A stretch of 64,000 bases of DNA from an uncultured delta proteobacterium (GTDB lineage Bacteria; Myxococcota_A; Polyangia; Fen-1088), in NCBI GenBank assembly GCA_963767925.1, contig CAVYGB010000008.1, forward strand, positions 992,001 to 1,056,000. Reading direction: 5' to 3'. A program made the translations under genes and the position numbers. Shown piece by piece: positions 18,780 through 27,885 of this stretch. Below the pieces are notes generated by a model that was given only the letters and a program-made list of their open reading frames with translations, ran no database searches and was not told where the DNA came from. Within the stretch, counting starts at the first letter, position 1; the number at the start of each line of letters is the position of its first letter.

Positions 18780-19767
18780 GGGCGATCTCCCGGCGGCTGC
18801 GCGCGAGCAGCCAGAGGAAGACCGGCGCCCCGATGAGGCCGGTGACCACCCCCAGCGGGATCTCGCTCCGCGTGGGCAGGAGCCGGGCCAGGATGTCGCA
18901 GCCGAGCACGAAGGTGCCGCCGCCGAGGGCGGCCGCAGGGACCAGCCGCCGGTGCTGCACCCCCACGAAGGGCCGCAGGGCGTGCGGCACGATGAGCCCG
19001 ACGAAGATGACGTTGCCGCCGACCGCCACCGCCGCCGCCGTGAGCACCGCCAGCCAGACGGTCAGCCAGCGGCGGGCCTGCCACACGTCGACCCCCAGCG
19101 CGCCCGCCTCCTCCTCTCCCGACAGCAGGAGATCGAGGGTGCGCCCCCAGCCCCAGGCTGCGGCGATCCCGAAGGCCACCAGCGGGGTGGCCAGCCCGAT
19201 CTGGCGCCGGGTCACCCCGCCGACGCCCCCCAGGGTGAAGCTGACAACCGCCCGGGCCAGGTCCCAGGAGTCCTGGGCCAGGCTGGTGAGGAACCCGCCC
19301 AGGGCCAGGAACAGCGACGACAGGATGAAGCCGGTCAACAGGAGGCTCAAATTGTCGTTGCGCTGCCGGACGAAGGTCAGCAGCAGGAGCAGGGCGAGCT
19401 GGGCCCCCGCCAGGCAGCCCAGCGGCAGCAACATGGTCGGGCCGACATAAGGCAGGGCCCGCAGCGAGGGAAAGGCCACGAAGGCGAGCAGGGCGAGCTG
19501 TCCGCCCAGCATGGCCCCGCCGGTGGTGCCGAGGATCGACGGGCTGACCAGCGGGTTGCGGAACAGGCCCTGGGCCACGGCGCCGCCCACCGCCAGCCCC
19601 GATCCGGCCAGGAAGGCGGCCCCCAGCCGGGTGGCGCGCAGCTCGAGCAGGGTGGCGCGCAGGGCGGGATCGCCGAGGTCCCCGGCGCCGGCGAGCAGCC
19701 CCACCGCCGTCAGGCCGACGAGCAGCCCGAGGAGGGTCAGGTAACAGGCGAGGAGGCGGCGGTCCAC
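18772..19767 (-). CDS. FecCD/BtuC family permease
   Basis: QGLFRNPLVSPSILG, FVGLIVPHALR and EIPLGVVTGLIGAPVF. Confidence 0.93.
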   Translation of the reverse strand: MDRRLLACYLTLLGLLVGLTAVGLLAGAGDLGDPALRATLLELRATRLGAAFLAGSGLAVGGAVAQGLFRNPLVSPSILGTTGGAMLGGQLALLAFVAFPSLRALPYVGPTMLLPLGCLAGAQLALLLLLTFVRQRNDNLSLLLTGFILSSLFLALGGFLTSLAQDSWDLARAVVSFTLGGVGGVTRRQIGLATPLVAFGIAAAWGWGRTLDLLLSGEEEAGALGVDVWQARRWLTVWLAVLTAAAVAVGGNVIFVGLIVPHALRPFVGVQHRRLVPAAALGGGTFVLGCDILARLLPTRSEIPLGVVTGLIGAPVFLWLLARSRREIAHA

Positions 19768-19771
19768 GGGG

Positions 19772-20989
19772 CTAATAGAACCCGAGGTGGCGTGGCGGCA
19801 AACCGCTGGCTGGGCTGGCCTCGAAGGAGCCGGCGGGGGTGGTGGTCCCGTCGGCGCGCAGCTCGTGCCGGTGCACGAGGGGACGGGTCCTGGAAGCGTC
19901 GAGCAGGTAGAGGCGCCCGGCCGCCCGGTCGAGGGCCAGCGACAGGACGAAGGCGCCGCTGCCGTCGAGCAGCTTGCGGGGCCGGCCGCCCCGGAAGTCG
20001 AAGGACCAGGCCTCGTCGGGGCGACCTCCGGCGGGGTCGCCGCTCAGGACGGTGAAGGCACGGGCGGCCCCCGCCACGGCGAGGATCGAACCCGACACCG
20101 TCCGCTCGAAGGTCCGGCCGGGGACGATCGCGACGGCCGGCGGGCTCACGTCGAGATCGATCCAGGCGAACCCCGCGCTGTCGATCTGGAGCGGCCCGTC
20201 CGAATAGACCCCGCTGCAGCCGACAACCAGGGCGTCCGTCCCCCCGGCGGGCACCCGCAGGAGCGCCCCGCAGTTCTTCAGCCCGGGCAGATCGATGGAC
20301 GCCACCACCCGGTCGCTCGTCGTGTCGACAACGGCGACCCGGCCAGACGCCGCGGCCTCGAAGTCGTCGCTGAGGTTGTTCAGCACCACGTACAGCCGAT
20401 CGCCGACCAGCGCCGCCCGGGCCGGGCGGGCGCTCAGCACCTGGCCGCCGGTGAGCGCGCTGGGGGAGGGCACGGGCAGGGGGACCGTCCCCAGCCGGGT
20501 GGCCCGGGCGCGGTCGATCACCAGCAGGTCGCTGCCCTCCTCGGGCCGGCCCGGGTTCCTGTCGTAGCGGGTGACGTAGGCCTTGTCTCCGGGGCCCGCC
20601 ACCACGTCGTGGGGGTTGGCCGAGAAGCCGTCGCCCACGTTCATCTGCCGCAGGACCTGGCAGCGCTCGGGATCGAGCCAGGTCAGCGTGCTCTGCTTGC
20701 GGTCGATGACCAGCAGCTCGCGCTCGGGCAGGGGATTTGAGGGCAGGGTCACGTCGCCCGACAGCGCCGCCGAGAGCTGCGGCGCGCGGCTGCCCGAGTC
20801 GAGGCAGCGATCGCGGACCATGCCGGTCGCCGGATCGACGAGGGAGACGACGGTGGAGGTGTAGTCGCTGGCCACCACCGCGATGCCGCCGCCGCGCCCG
20901 GGTGGGCCCACCGAGGGCTCGGGCTCGGTGCAAGCTCCCAGCAGGAGGAGGCCCAGGGCGAGGGCGAGGTGGGCAGGGCGGGGGTTCAT
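19772..20989 (-). CDS. Beta-propeller lipoprotein (YncE-like) in the cobamide uptake operon
   Basis: Lipobox LLGAC; blade-like repeats NPHDVV..KAYVTRY, LLVID, RLYVVL and VAVVDT. ATG overlaps the receptor stop. Confidence 0.8.
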   Translation of the reverse strand: MNPRPAHLALALGLLLLGACTEPEPSVGPPGRGGGIAVVASDYTSTVVSLVDPATGMVRDRCLDSGSRAPQLSAALSGDVTLPSNPLPERELLVIDRKQSTLTWLDPERCQVLRQMNVGDGFSANPHDVVAGPGDKAYVTRYDRNPGRPEEGSDLLVIDRARATRLGTVPLPVPSPSALTGGQVLSARPARAALVGDRLYVVLNNLSDDFEAAASGRVAVVDTTSDRVVASIDLPGLKNCGALLRVPAGGTDALVVGCSGVYSDGPLQIDSAGFAWIDLDVSPPAVAIVPGRTFERTVSGSILAVAGAARAFTVLSGDPAGGRPDEAWSFDFRGGRPRKLLDGSGAFVLSLALDRAAGRLYLLDASRTRPLVHRHELRADGTTTPAGSFEASPASGLPPRHLGFY

Positions 20990-23081
20990 CGGGAGGCTCC
21001 TTCCAGATCAGATCCCGTCGGCGACGGGAAGGCAACGTGCAGGGTGAGGAAAAACGATCGCCCGGGCAGGGGAAACTCGAGCACGTCGGCCGAGCGCGCG
21101 TCGTGCAGGTTGTAGCCGCTGGCGACCGCGCGCAGCCCGGCGGGCGGGTAGTCGAGGTGGGCCCCCGTCCCCAGGACCAGGCGGGCCGGCTGGCGGACCA
21201 GGTTCGCGGGATCCTGGAAGCGGCCGCCGGTCAGCTCGGCGTCCGCGTAGAGTCCCCCCGCCAGGTGGGGCCCAGGGGCAGGTCGCGCAGCTCGGGGCGG
21301 AGGTAGGCCCGGATCCGGGGCTGGTGGGGGAGCTGCCGCCCGTCGCGTCCAGATTGACCGCTGCGATCGCGGACGTCGAGGGCGGTGACCTGGGCCGTGA
21401 CCCGGGCCCAGCGTCCGAGACTGCCGGTGGCCGCCAGCTCCAGGCCCGCGCTGCGGCTGGCCGCCACGTTGAGGTAGCTGGCGAAGTAGCCCATCTGCTC
21501 GAAGTGGATCAGGTCGCGGGCGGTGGCCGCAAACAGCGCGGCGTCGAGGCGCAGCCGCCCGCCGGCCCCGGCGAGCTCACCGGTCAGCCCGAGGTCGGCC
21601 GAATACCCACGCTCGGGGTCCAGCGCCGGATTACCCTGGATCAGGCCGCCGTTGCCGTACCGCTCGAACAGGGTCGGCAGCCGGGCGTACGAGCCGAGGT
21701 TGGCCCGCAGCCGGAGCGCGGGGTGGGGGGTCGAGACGAGCCCCAGCCGGGCGATGGGCAGGAGCTGCACCGCCGGAGCCGGCGGGGGTCCGCCGCTGCC
21801 GCCGAACAAGCTCCCCGGGCTCAACTCGTCGCGGGCGGCCTCCCCGCGCACGGTGGCGATGACGTCGAGCGCGAGGGTAGGGACGTGGGCCGTGCCGGCC
21901 AGCGCCGCCGCCACCCGCTGCCGGGCTCCGGGAGGGCGGCGGTCGGCCCGGATCTCCTCCCGGGGCCGGAAGGCCTCGTGGCGCCCATCGACCATCGCCG
22001 ACAGCAGGAACCAGGTGGCCAGGGGGCGCACCCCCAGCACGGTCGCGCCAGCGGTGAGCGAGCGGTCGCGGGTCTCGGTGGCCACGAAGGCCACCTCGCC
22101 CAGTCGGTCGGACAGACGTTGTTCGCCCAGCAGCAGGTAGCCGGTGCCCCGGAGCTGGCCGCCCGCGCCCGGGCTCCCCGAGGTGTACCCGGCGCTGGCC
22201 GCCAGCCGCCGGCGCTGCAGGGAGGCAGCGAAGGAAGCGTCGCTGCTCCGGGCTGCCAGGCCCTGCCGCCGGGAAAGGACCGACAGGGACAACCAGAGGT
22301 GGCGCCCGCGCGGCAGCGTCCAGTCGGCCCGGGCCGCGCCGTCGAGCTGGCGGAGCTGGTTGTTCTGCCGCCGCAAGGTCCGGTCGTCGCTGGGATCGAA
22401 CAGCGTGCGGTTGTCACTGCGGTAGGGGAAGTCGGCGGCAGTGTCGAGGACCGCCACCCGGGCCACCAGGCTGCGACCCGGATCCACCCGGGCCAGCTCG
22501 AGGCCGCCCAGGCGGGTGGCGTAAGAGCCCAGCCCGGAGTGGGCAGCCAGCCGCGAGCGGGAGGGCGCCTCCGAGGTGAGCGAGAGGGTGCCTCCCATGG
22601 CGGAGGTGCCGTGGGCGAGCGGGCTGGCGCCCCGGTAGACCTCGATGCGCTGGACGGCCGTGAGCGGGACCAGCCCCAGGTCAAGGCTCCCGGTCACCGC
22701 GCTATCGAGGGGGACGCCGTCGGCGTAGACCGCCACCTGGTTGGGCGATGACCCGCGCAGGGAGACGGTGGCCAGAGAGCCCAGGCTGCCGTGGCGCGTG
22801 ATCACCACCCCCGGCAGCTCGGACAGGAGCTGCGGCAGCGTCTCGGCGCTGCGGGCGGCGCGGTCCGCGGTGATCACCGAGGCCGAGGCGGAGGGATCCT
22901 CGCGGGGCCGATCCGGGGGGGTGGGAGGCGCTGCCACGACGGTCTCGTAGCGGGGCGGTGGCGCGGCCCTGACCGGGAGCGCTGCCGCCGGCCCCAGCAG
23001 CGGGGCGAGCAGAAAGCAGAGGATCAGGGAAGGGCGGCGGCAGGTGGTCTCCGGGCCCGCCGCGGGCCTGCGATTGGCCAA
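20986..23081 (-). CDS. TonB-dependent receptor (BtuB-like) with one frameshift at about 21254-21259
   Basis: Plug motifs ELPGVVI, SLRGSSPNQVAVYADGVP and RIEVYRG. After the G6 run, another frame continues GLYADAEL..YNLHD..FPLPGRSFFLTL to TGA 20986, which overlaps the next ATG. Start (TTG 23081) is uncertain. Confidence 0.85.
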
Positions 23082-23091
23082 AACCGCGGGG

Positions 23092-23119
23092 ACCCTAGCT
23101 GGCTCCGCCGCGGTGTCAA
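23092..23119 (-). promoter_or_regulatory. Putative sigma70 promoter of the TBDR/ABC operon
   Basis: Minus strand TTGACA-N16-TAGGGT. Confidence 0.5.
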
Positions 23120-23179
23120 GACCGAGAACCACCCCCCATCGTTCTCAGCCACGGGGGCGTGCCTGCCGATGTCAGCGTC

Positions 23180-25531
23180 ATGGCGGGGGATTCCGCGACC
23201 AAGGAGTTCTTCGAGGGTGCCGAAGCGACCCAGTCCCGTCCCATGGGCATGTCGGTTGTGGTGGGAAAGGTGGACGGCACCACCGTGAGCGGCCGCGCCG
23301 GCTGGTTCGAGCCGGCCGAGCCGGATCTCCTGGTGGAGACCCCGCCGCGGGGGCCGGGCCAGCGAACCGGGGTGGCGCGCGTCCCGGCCGAGGAGATCGC
23401 CTACGTGGGCATCGCCAAGGGCTCGGGGGGCCGCCTCGACGATCCCAGCAACCGGCCGAGCGGCTCGGCGGTGAAGGTCTTCGTGCCGGGCGGCAAGACC
23501 TTCGTCGTGATCCCCAGCGAGGTGGGCGCCACCCGCCTCGGCTTTTATGGCGCCCCCCTCGACGGCGCCAGCCCCTATTCGGCCATCTACTTTTACAACC
23601 GGGCCCTCAACGCCAAGGAGAGCGTCGAGCCGCTGGGCTCGCTGCTGATGAAGACGGGCGCCCTCAGCCAGGACGACCTCAACCGGGGGCTGGCCGCCCA
23701 GGAGGATGCCCGCAAGGTCCCCATCGGCAAGATCCTTGTCGAGCAGCGCCGCGTGCCGATCGACGCGGTGGAGAAGGCGGCCCAGCTCCAGGCCCGCCGG
23801 GGCATGCGGATCGGGGAAATCCTCGTGCAGGAGGGCCTCGCCACCGGCCAGGACATCGAGACCGCCCTGCAGGAGCAGAAGAAGCGCAAGGGGCGCAAGC
23901 TGGGGCAGCTCCTCGTGGAGATGAACATCATCAGCGAGGAGGTCCTGACCCGCACCCTGGCCCGCAAGTTCCACATCCCCTTCGCCAACCTCGACCGCTG
24001 CGAGGTAAATCCGGCGGTCGTGCGCGAGCTGCCGATCGACCTGATGGAGAAATACCGGGTCCTCCTGCTGCAGCTCGAGGATCGGGTGGCCACGGTGGCC
24101 ATCGCCGACCCCATCGCCGTCGACGTCATCGACGCCCTCCGCTTCGCGGTCCGCCGGGACATCCAGGAAGTCCTGGTGATGCCCTCGCAGCTCGAAAAAT
24201 ACGTTAGCCGCTTCCTCGTCGAGATCTCCCGCGACGAAGACAAGAAGAAGATGGGGTCCATCCTCAAGGACCTCACCGTCGAGGAGCTGCAGACCGCCAA
24301 GGACATCTTCCCCGACGAGGTCACCACCACCGAGTCGGACAGCGCCGTCATCCGCCTGGCCAACCAGATCATCATCGAGGCCGTGCGCCGGGGGGCCTCC
24401 GACATCCACATCGAGCCCAACGGGCGCGAGCTGACGACCATCGTCCGCTTCCGGATCGACGGCGACTGCGTGGACTTCCAGGAGATCCCTCCCACCTACC
24501 GAAACTCCCTGGTGGCCCGCATGAAGATCATGGCCGGCCTCGACATCGCCGAGCGGCGCAAGCCCCAGGACGGCAAGATCAAGATCCGGCTACCCGAGCG
24601 GGGCGCCATCGAGCTGCGGCTGGCGACCATCCCCACCGTCTACGGCGAGGACCTGGTCATGCGGATCCTCGCCGCCTCCCGCCCCCTGCCGCTCGACAAG
24701 ATGTCGCTGACCCCCCACAACCTGCAGCGGCTGCGGGAGGCGGCGGCCAAGCCCTACGGGCTCATCCTGTGCGTGGGGCCCACCGGCTCGGGCAAGACCA
24801 CCACGTTGCACTCGGTGCTCGGCCACCTGAACACGGTCGACCGGAAGATCTGGACAGCCGAAGATCCGGTCGAGATCACCCAGGCCCGGCTGCGGCAGGT
24901 GCAGGTGAGCACGAAGATCGGGTTCACCTTCGCCGCGGCGATGCGGGCCTTTCTGCGGGCCGACCCCGACGTCATCATGATCGGCGAGATGCGGGATCAG
25001 GAGACGGCCAGCATCGCCGTCGAGGCCTCGTTGACCGGCCACCTCGTGCTCTCCACCCTCCACACGAACAGCGCCCCCGAGACCATCACCCGCCTCGTCG
25101 ACATGGGGCTCGACCCCTTCAGCTTCGCCGACGCCCTCATCGCCGTGCTGGCCCAGCGCCTGGCCCGCGGGTTGTGCCGGAGCTGCCGCGAGCCCTACCG
25201 TCCCGGCGTCGAGGAGTTCAAGTCCCTGGCCGACCTGTGCTCGATCGAGTTCCTCCGCGACTCGGGGATGAGCGAGACCGACTGCATGTTGTGGCGGGGG
25301 CGGGGCTGCGAGGAGTGCAAGGGCACGGGCTACGCCGGCCGGGTGGCGATCCACGAGCTGCTGGTGGCCGGCGACGGCGTCAAGGCGGCGATCCAGCGCA
25401 AGGCCCTGGTGCCCGACCTGCGGAAGGTCGCGGTGGACGACGGCATGCGCACCCTGCTGCAGGACGGGGCCATCAAGTGCACCCAGGGCCTCACCGATCT
25501 GTCGCAGGTCCTGGCGGTCTGCAGCCGCTGA
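23180..25531 (+). CDS. GspE/PilB family secretion/pilus ATPase with extra N-terminal domain and tandem MshEN-like motifs
   Basis: GASDIHIEP, ERRKPQDG, Walker A GPTGSGKTT, TAEDPVE, DPDVIMIGEMRD, GHLVLSTLHTN and CxxC..CxxC. Start could be 23159 or 23243. Confidence 0.92.
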   Translation: MAGDSATKEFFEGAEATQSRPMGMSVVVGKVDGTTVSGRAGWFEPAEPDLLVETPPRGPGQRTGVARVPAEEIAYVGIAKGSGGRLDDPSNRPSGSAVKVFVPGGKTFVVIPSEVGATRLGFYGAPLDGASPYSAIYFYNRALNAKESVEPLGSLLMKTGALSQDDLNRGLAAQEDARKVPIGKILVEQRRVPIDAVEKAAQLQARRGMRIGEILVQEGLATGQDIETALQEQKKRKGRKLGQLLVEMNIISEEVLTRTLARKFHIPFANLDRCEVNPAVVRELPIDLMEKYRVLLLQLEDRVATVAIADPIAVDVIDALRFAVRRDIQEVLVMPSQLEKYVSRFLVEISRDEDKKKMGSILKDLTVEELQTAKDIFPDEVTTTESDSAVIRLANQIIIEAVRRGASDIHIEPNGRELTTIVRFRIDGDCVDFQEIPPTYRNSLVARMKIMAGLDIAERRKPQDGKIKIRLPERGAIELRLATIPTVYGEDLVMRILAASRPLPLDKMSLTPHNLQRLREAAAKPYGLILCVGPTGSGKTTTLHSVLGHLNTVDRKIWTAEDPVEITQARLRQVQVSTKIGFTFAAAMRAFLRADPDVIMIGEMRDQETASIAVEASLTGHLVLSTLHTNSAPETITRLVDMGLDPFSFADALIAVLAQRLARGLCRSCREPYRPGVEEFKSLADLCSIEFLRDSGMSETDCMLWRGRGCEECKGTGYAGRVAIHELLVAGDGVKAAIQRKALVPDLRKVAVDDGMRTLLQDGAIKCTQGLTDLSQVLAVCSR

Positions 25532-25534
25532 CCG

Positions 25535-26905
25535 TCAGGGCGCGAGGCGGGCCCGCTTGATGTTGAGGAACTCGCGCAGCCCGAACACCCCCAGCTCGCG
25601 CCCGTAGCCGGAGCGCTTGATCCCCCCGAAGGGGAAGCGGGCGTCGGAGGCGGTGAGGCCGTTGATGAACACGCCGCCGGACTCGATCTCCCGCACACAA
25701 CGTTCGGCCTGCTCGCCGTCGGCGGTGAACACCGAGGCCCCGAGGCCGAAGGGGGTGTCGTTGGCGATCTCGATGGCCTGGTCGAGGTCGCGCGCGCGAA
25801 ACAGCGCCGCCACCGGGCCGAACAGCTCGTCGGCCGCAGCCGGGGCGCCGGCCGGGACGTCCTCGAGGACGGTGGCGGGGTAAAAGAAGCCGGGTCCTGC
25901 GAGGGGCTGGCCGCCCACCAGGAGGCGGGCGCCGGCCTCCACCGAGCGGCGGACCTGCTCGTGCAGGCCGTCGCGGATGGCGGCGGTGGCCAGGGGGCCC
26001 AGCTCGGTAGTGGGATCAGCGGGATCGCCCACCCGCAGGGCCCGCACCCGATCGACGAAGCGGGCGCGGAAGGTATCGTAGAGGGGCTCGGCGATGATGA
26101 AGCGCTTGGCGGCGATGCAGGATTGGCCGTTGTTGAGCATGCGCCCCTGCACCGCGGTGGTCACCGCCCGGTCGAGGTCGGCGTCGGCCAGCACCAGGAA
26201 GGGATCGCTGCCGCCGAGCTCGAGCACCGACTTCTTGAGGTGGCTGGCGGCGGCGGTGGCCACCGCCCGGCCCGCCGCCTCGCTGCCGGTGACGGTCACG
26301 GCCGCCACCCGGGGGTCGGCGACGATCGATGCCACCGCGTCCGAGCCCACCAGCAAGGTCTGGAACACCCCTTCGGGGGCCCCCGCCCGGAGAAACAGCT
26401 CCTCGAGCGCGAGGGCACACTGGGGCACATTGGCGGCGTGTTTCAGCAGGCCGACGTTGCCGCCCACGAGGGCCGGGGCGGCGAAGCGGATGACCTGCCA
26501 GAAGGGGAAGTTCCAGGGCATCACCGCCAGGATCGGGCCGAGCGGCTGGTACAGGACCCGCTCGCGCACGCCGCCCGGATCGGTCGTCTCTTCCTCGGCC
26601 AGGTAGCGCTCTGCGTTCTCCGCATAGTGTCGGCAGCCGCGGGCGCACTTCTCCGCCTCCTCGACCGCCGCGGTCTGCAGCTTGCCCATCTCCAGGGTCA
26701 TCAGGCTGCCGTAGCGGGCCTTCTCGGCCTCCAGCAGGTCGGCCGCCCGGGCCAGCACCTGGGTCCGCTCCCGCAGGGGACGCCGCCGCCAGGCGCGGAA
26801 GGCCTCCCTGGCGCCCTGCAGGCGCCGGCCGATCTCATCCGGCTCGAGGGCCGGGAACCGCCGCAGGGTCTCGCCGTTCGCCGGGTTGGTTGTCGCGATG
26901 GCCAT
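25535..26905 (-). CDS. NAD(P)-dependent succinate-semialdehyde dehydrogenase-like aldehyde dehydrogenase
   Basis: MPWNFPFWQ, VTGSEAAG, LELGGSDP, NGQSCIAAKR and PFGGIKRSGYGRELG. Confidence 0.92.
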   Translation of the reverse strand: MAIATTNPANGETLRRFPALEPDEIGRRLQGAREAFRAWRRRPLRERTQVLARAADLLEAEKARYGSLMTLEMGKLQTAAVEEAEKCARGCRHYAENAERYLAEEETTDPGGVRERVLYQPLGPILAVMPWNFPFWQVIRFAAPALVGGNVGLLKHAANVPQCALALEELFLRAGAPEGVFQTLLVGSDAVASIVADPRVAAVTVTGSEAAGRAVATAAASHLKKSVLELGGSDPFLVLADADLDRAVTTAVQGRMLNNGQSCIAAKRFIIAEPLYDTFRARFVDRVRALRVGDPADPTTELGPLATAAIRDGLHEQVRRSVEAGARLLVGGQPLAGPGFFYPATVLEDVPAGAPAAADELFGPVAALFRARDLDQAIEIANDTPFGLGASVFTADGEQAERCVREIESGGVFINGLTASDARFPFGGIKRSGYGRELGVFGLREFLNIKRARLAP

Positions 26906-26941
26906 ACCGGACACTGTGGGTGTCCGGGGGCCGGGTCGCAA

Positions 26942-27646
26942 TCAGAGACCGACGGCGCGCGCCAGGGTCGAGTGGGTCCAGGGCTTGGCCAAAACCTCGT
27001 GCGGAGCCGAGCGGGCCGCACCGTGCCGGGCGAGGGCGAGCTGGGCCGGGTGGGCGTGCCCGGACATCAGCACCCGCCGGACCCGCGGGTGACGATCGGC
27101 GAGATAGGCGATCAGGTCGAGACCGTGCTCGTTGCCCAGCACCAGGTCGACGATGGCGATCGCGACCTGGTTCCGGTCCTCGAGCAGGCAGACCGCCTCG
27201 AGGGGGGTCTGGACGGCGTGAGACGACTGTCCCAGGCGGCCGAGCTCCAGGCTGAGCGCCGCCCCCACCTCACGCGAATCGTCAACAACGAGGACGGAGG
27301 CCGATCGGACCCGCTCCAGGAAGACGTCGACAGCGGTCTGGATGCGGGCTTCGTCCTCGGCCGACAGGTCGAGAAAGCTGACCGCGAAGGCCGACCCGTC
27401 GCGGCTGGCCTGCTCCCGGCACACGACCGACTGGACGCGCAGGGTGCGGTCGGGCCCCAGCCGCAGCACCGCCTCGACCTGGGTCCCGAGCGGCGCGGGG
27501 GTCGACCCGCCCAGGAGCAGGCCCCCCACCGACGCGTTGATCACGCGGAAGCTGCCCAGGCTCTCTCCGTCCCGCAGAAGCACCGCGCTGGCCCGTACGA
27601 CCGCGCGCGTGTGTCTCCGCCGTTCGCTCTCCGGACTATTATCCAC
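26942..27646 (-). CDS. PilZ-receiver domain fusion protein
   Basis: RRHTR and NASVGG (PilZ); VLVVDD, IVDL, MSG and AKPW (receiver). Confidence 0.85.
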   Translation of the reverse strand: MDNSPESERRRHTRAVVRASAVLLRDGESLGSFRVINASVGGLLLGGSTPAPLGTQVEAVLRLGPDRTLRVQSVVCREQASRDGSAFAVSFLDLSAEDEARIQTAVDVFLERVRSASVLVVDDSREVGAALSLELGRLGQSSHAVQTPLEAVCLLEDRNQVAIAIVDLVLGNEHGLDLIAYLADRHPRVRRVLMSGHAHPAQLALARHGAARSAPHEVLAKPWTHSTLARAVGL

Positions 27647-27652
27647 GAAAAA

Positions 27653-27681
27653 ATAGTAATCTAGGATTCAATTCAGGTCAA
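27653..27681 (-). promoter_or_regulatory. Sigma70 promoter, leaderless configuration
   Basis: Minus strand TTGACC-N17-TACTAT, 6 nt before GTG 27646, in an AT-rich intergenic region. Confidence 0.65.
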
Positions 27682-27885
27682 CGTATAAAACGGACACGCG
27701 GAACAGCAGAAACGAACAGCACGGTCGGGAACCTCGATCTCAGGGCGATTTTATTTCCCCTGGTCACTACTAGGGTGTCCATTGGTCCGCCCCCCGTGCA
27801 GGTCCTCCTTTCAGGTAAGCCGGCCTGCGCGCGTTCTTCCTCCCTCTCCGTTCAGCCGGCCCGCATGCAGAGGAGAAAACACGCG

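Noticed and set aside
23035..23085. GCCCGGAGACCACCTGCC on the minus strand, resembling the 3' end of a cobalamin riboswitch
   Set aside because: Other conserved riboswitch elements are absent, there is too little space after the promoter, and it lies in the probable coding N-terminus.
27701..27721. GAACAGCA direct repeat in the AT-rich intergenic region
   Set aside because: Two 8-mers only; cannot be tied to a regulator from sequence alone.
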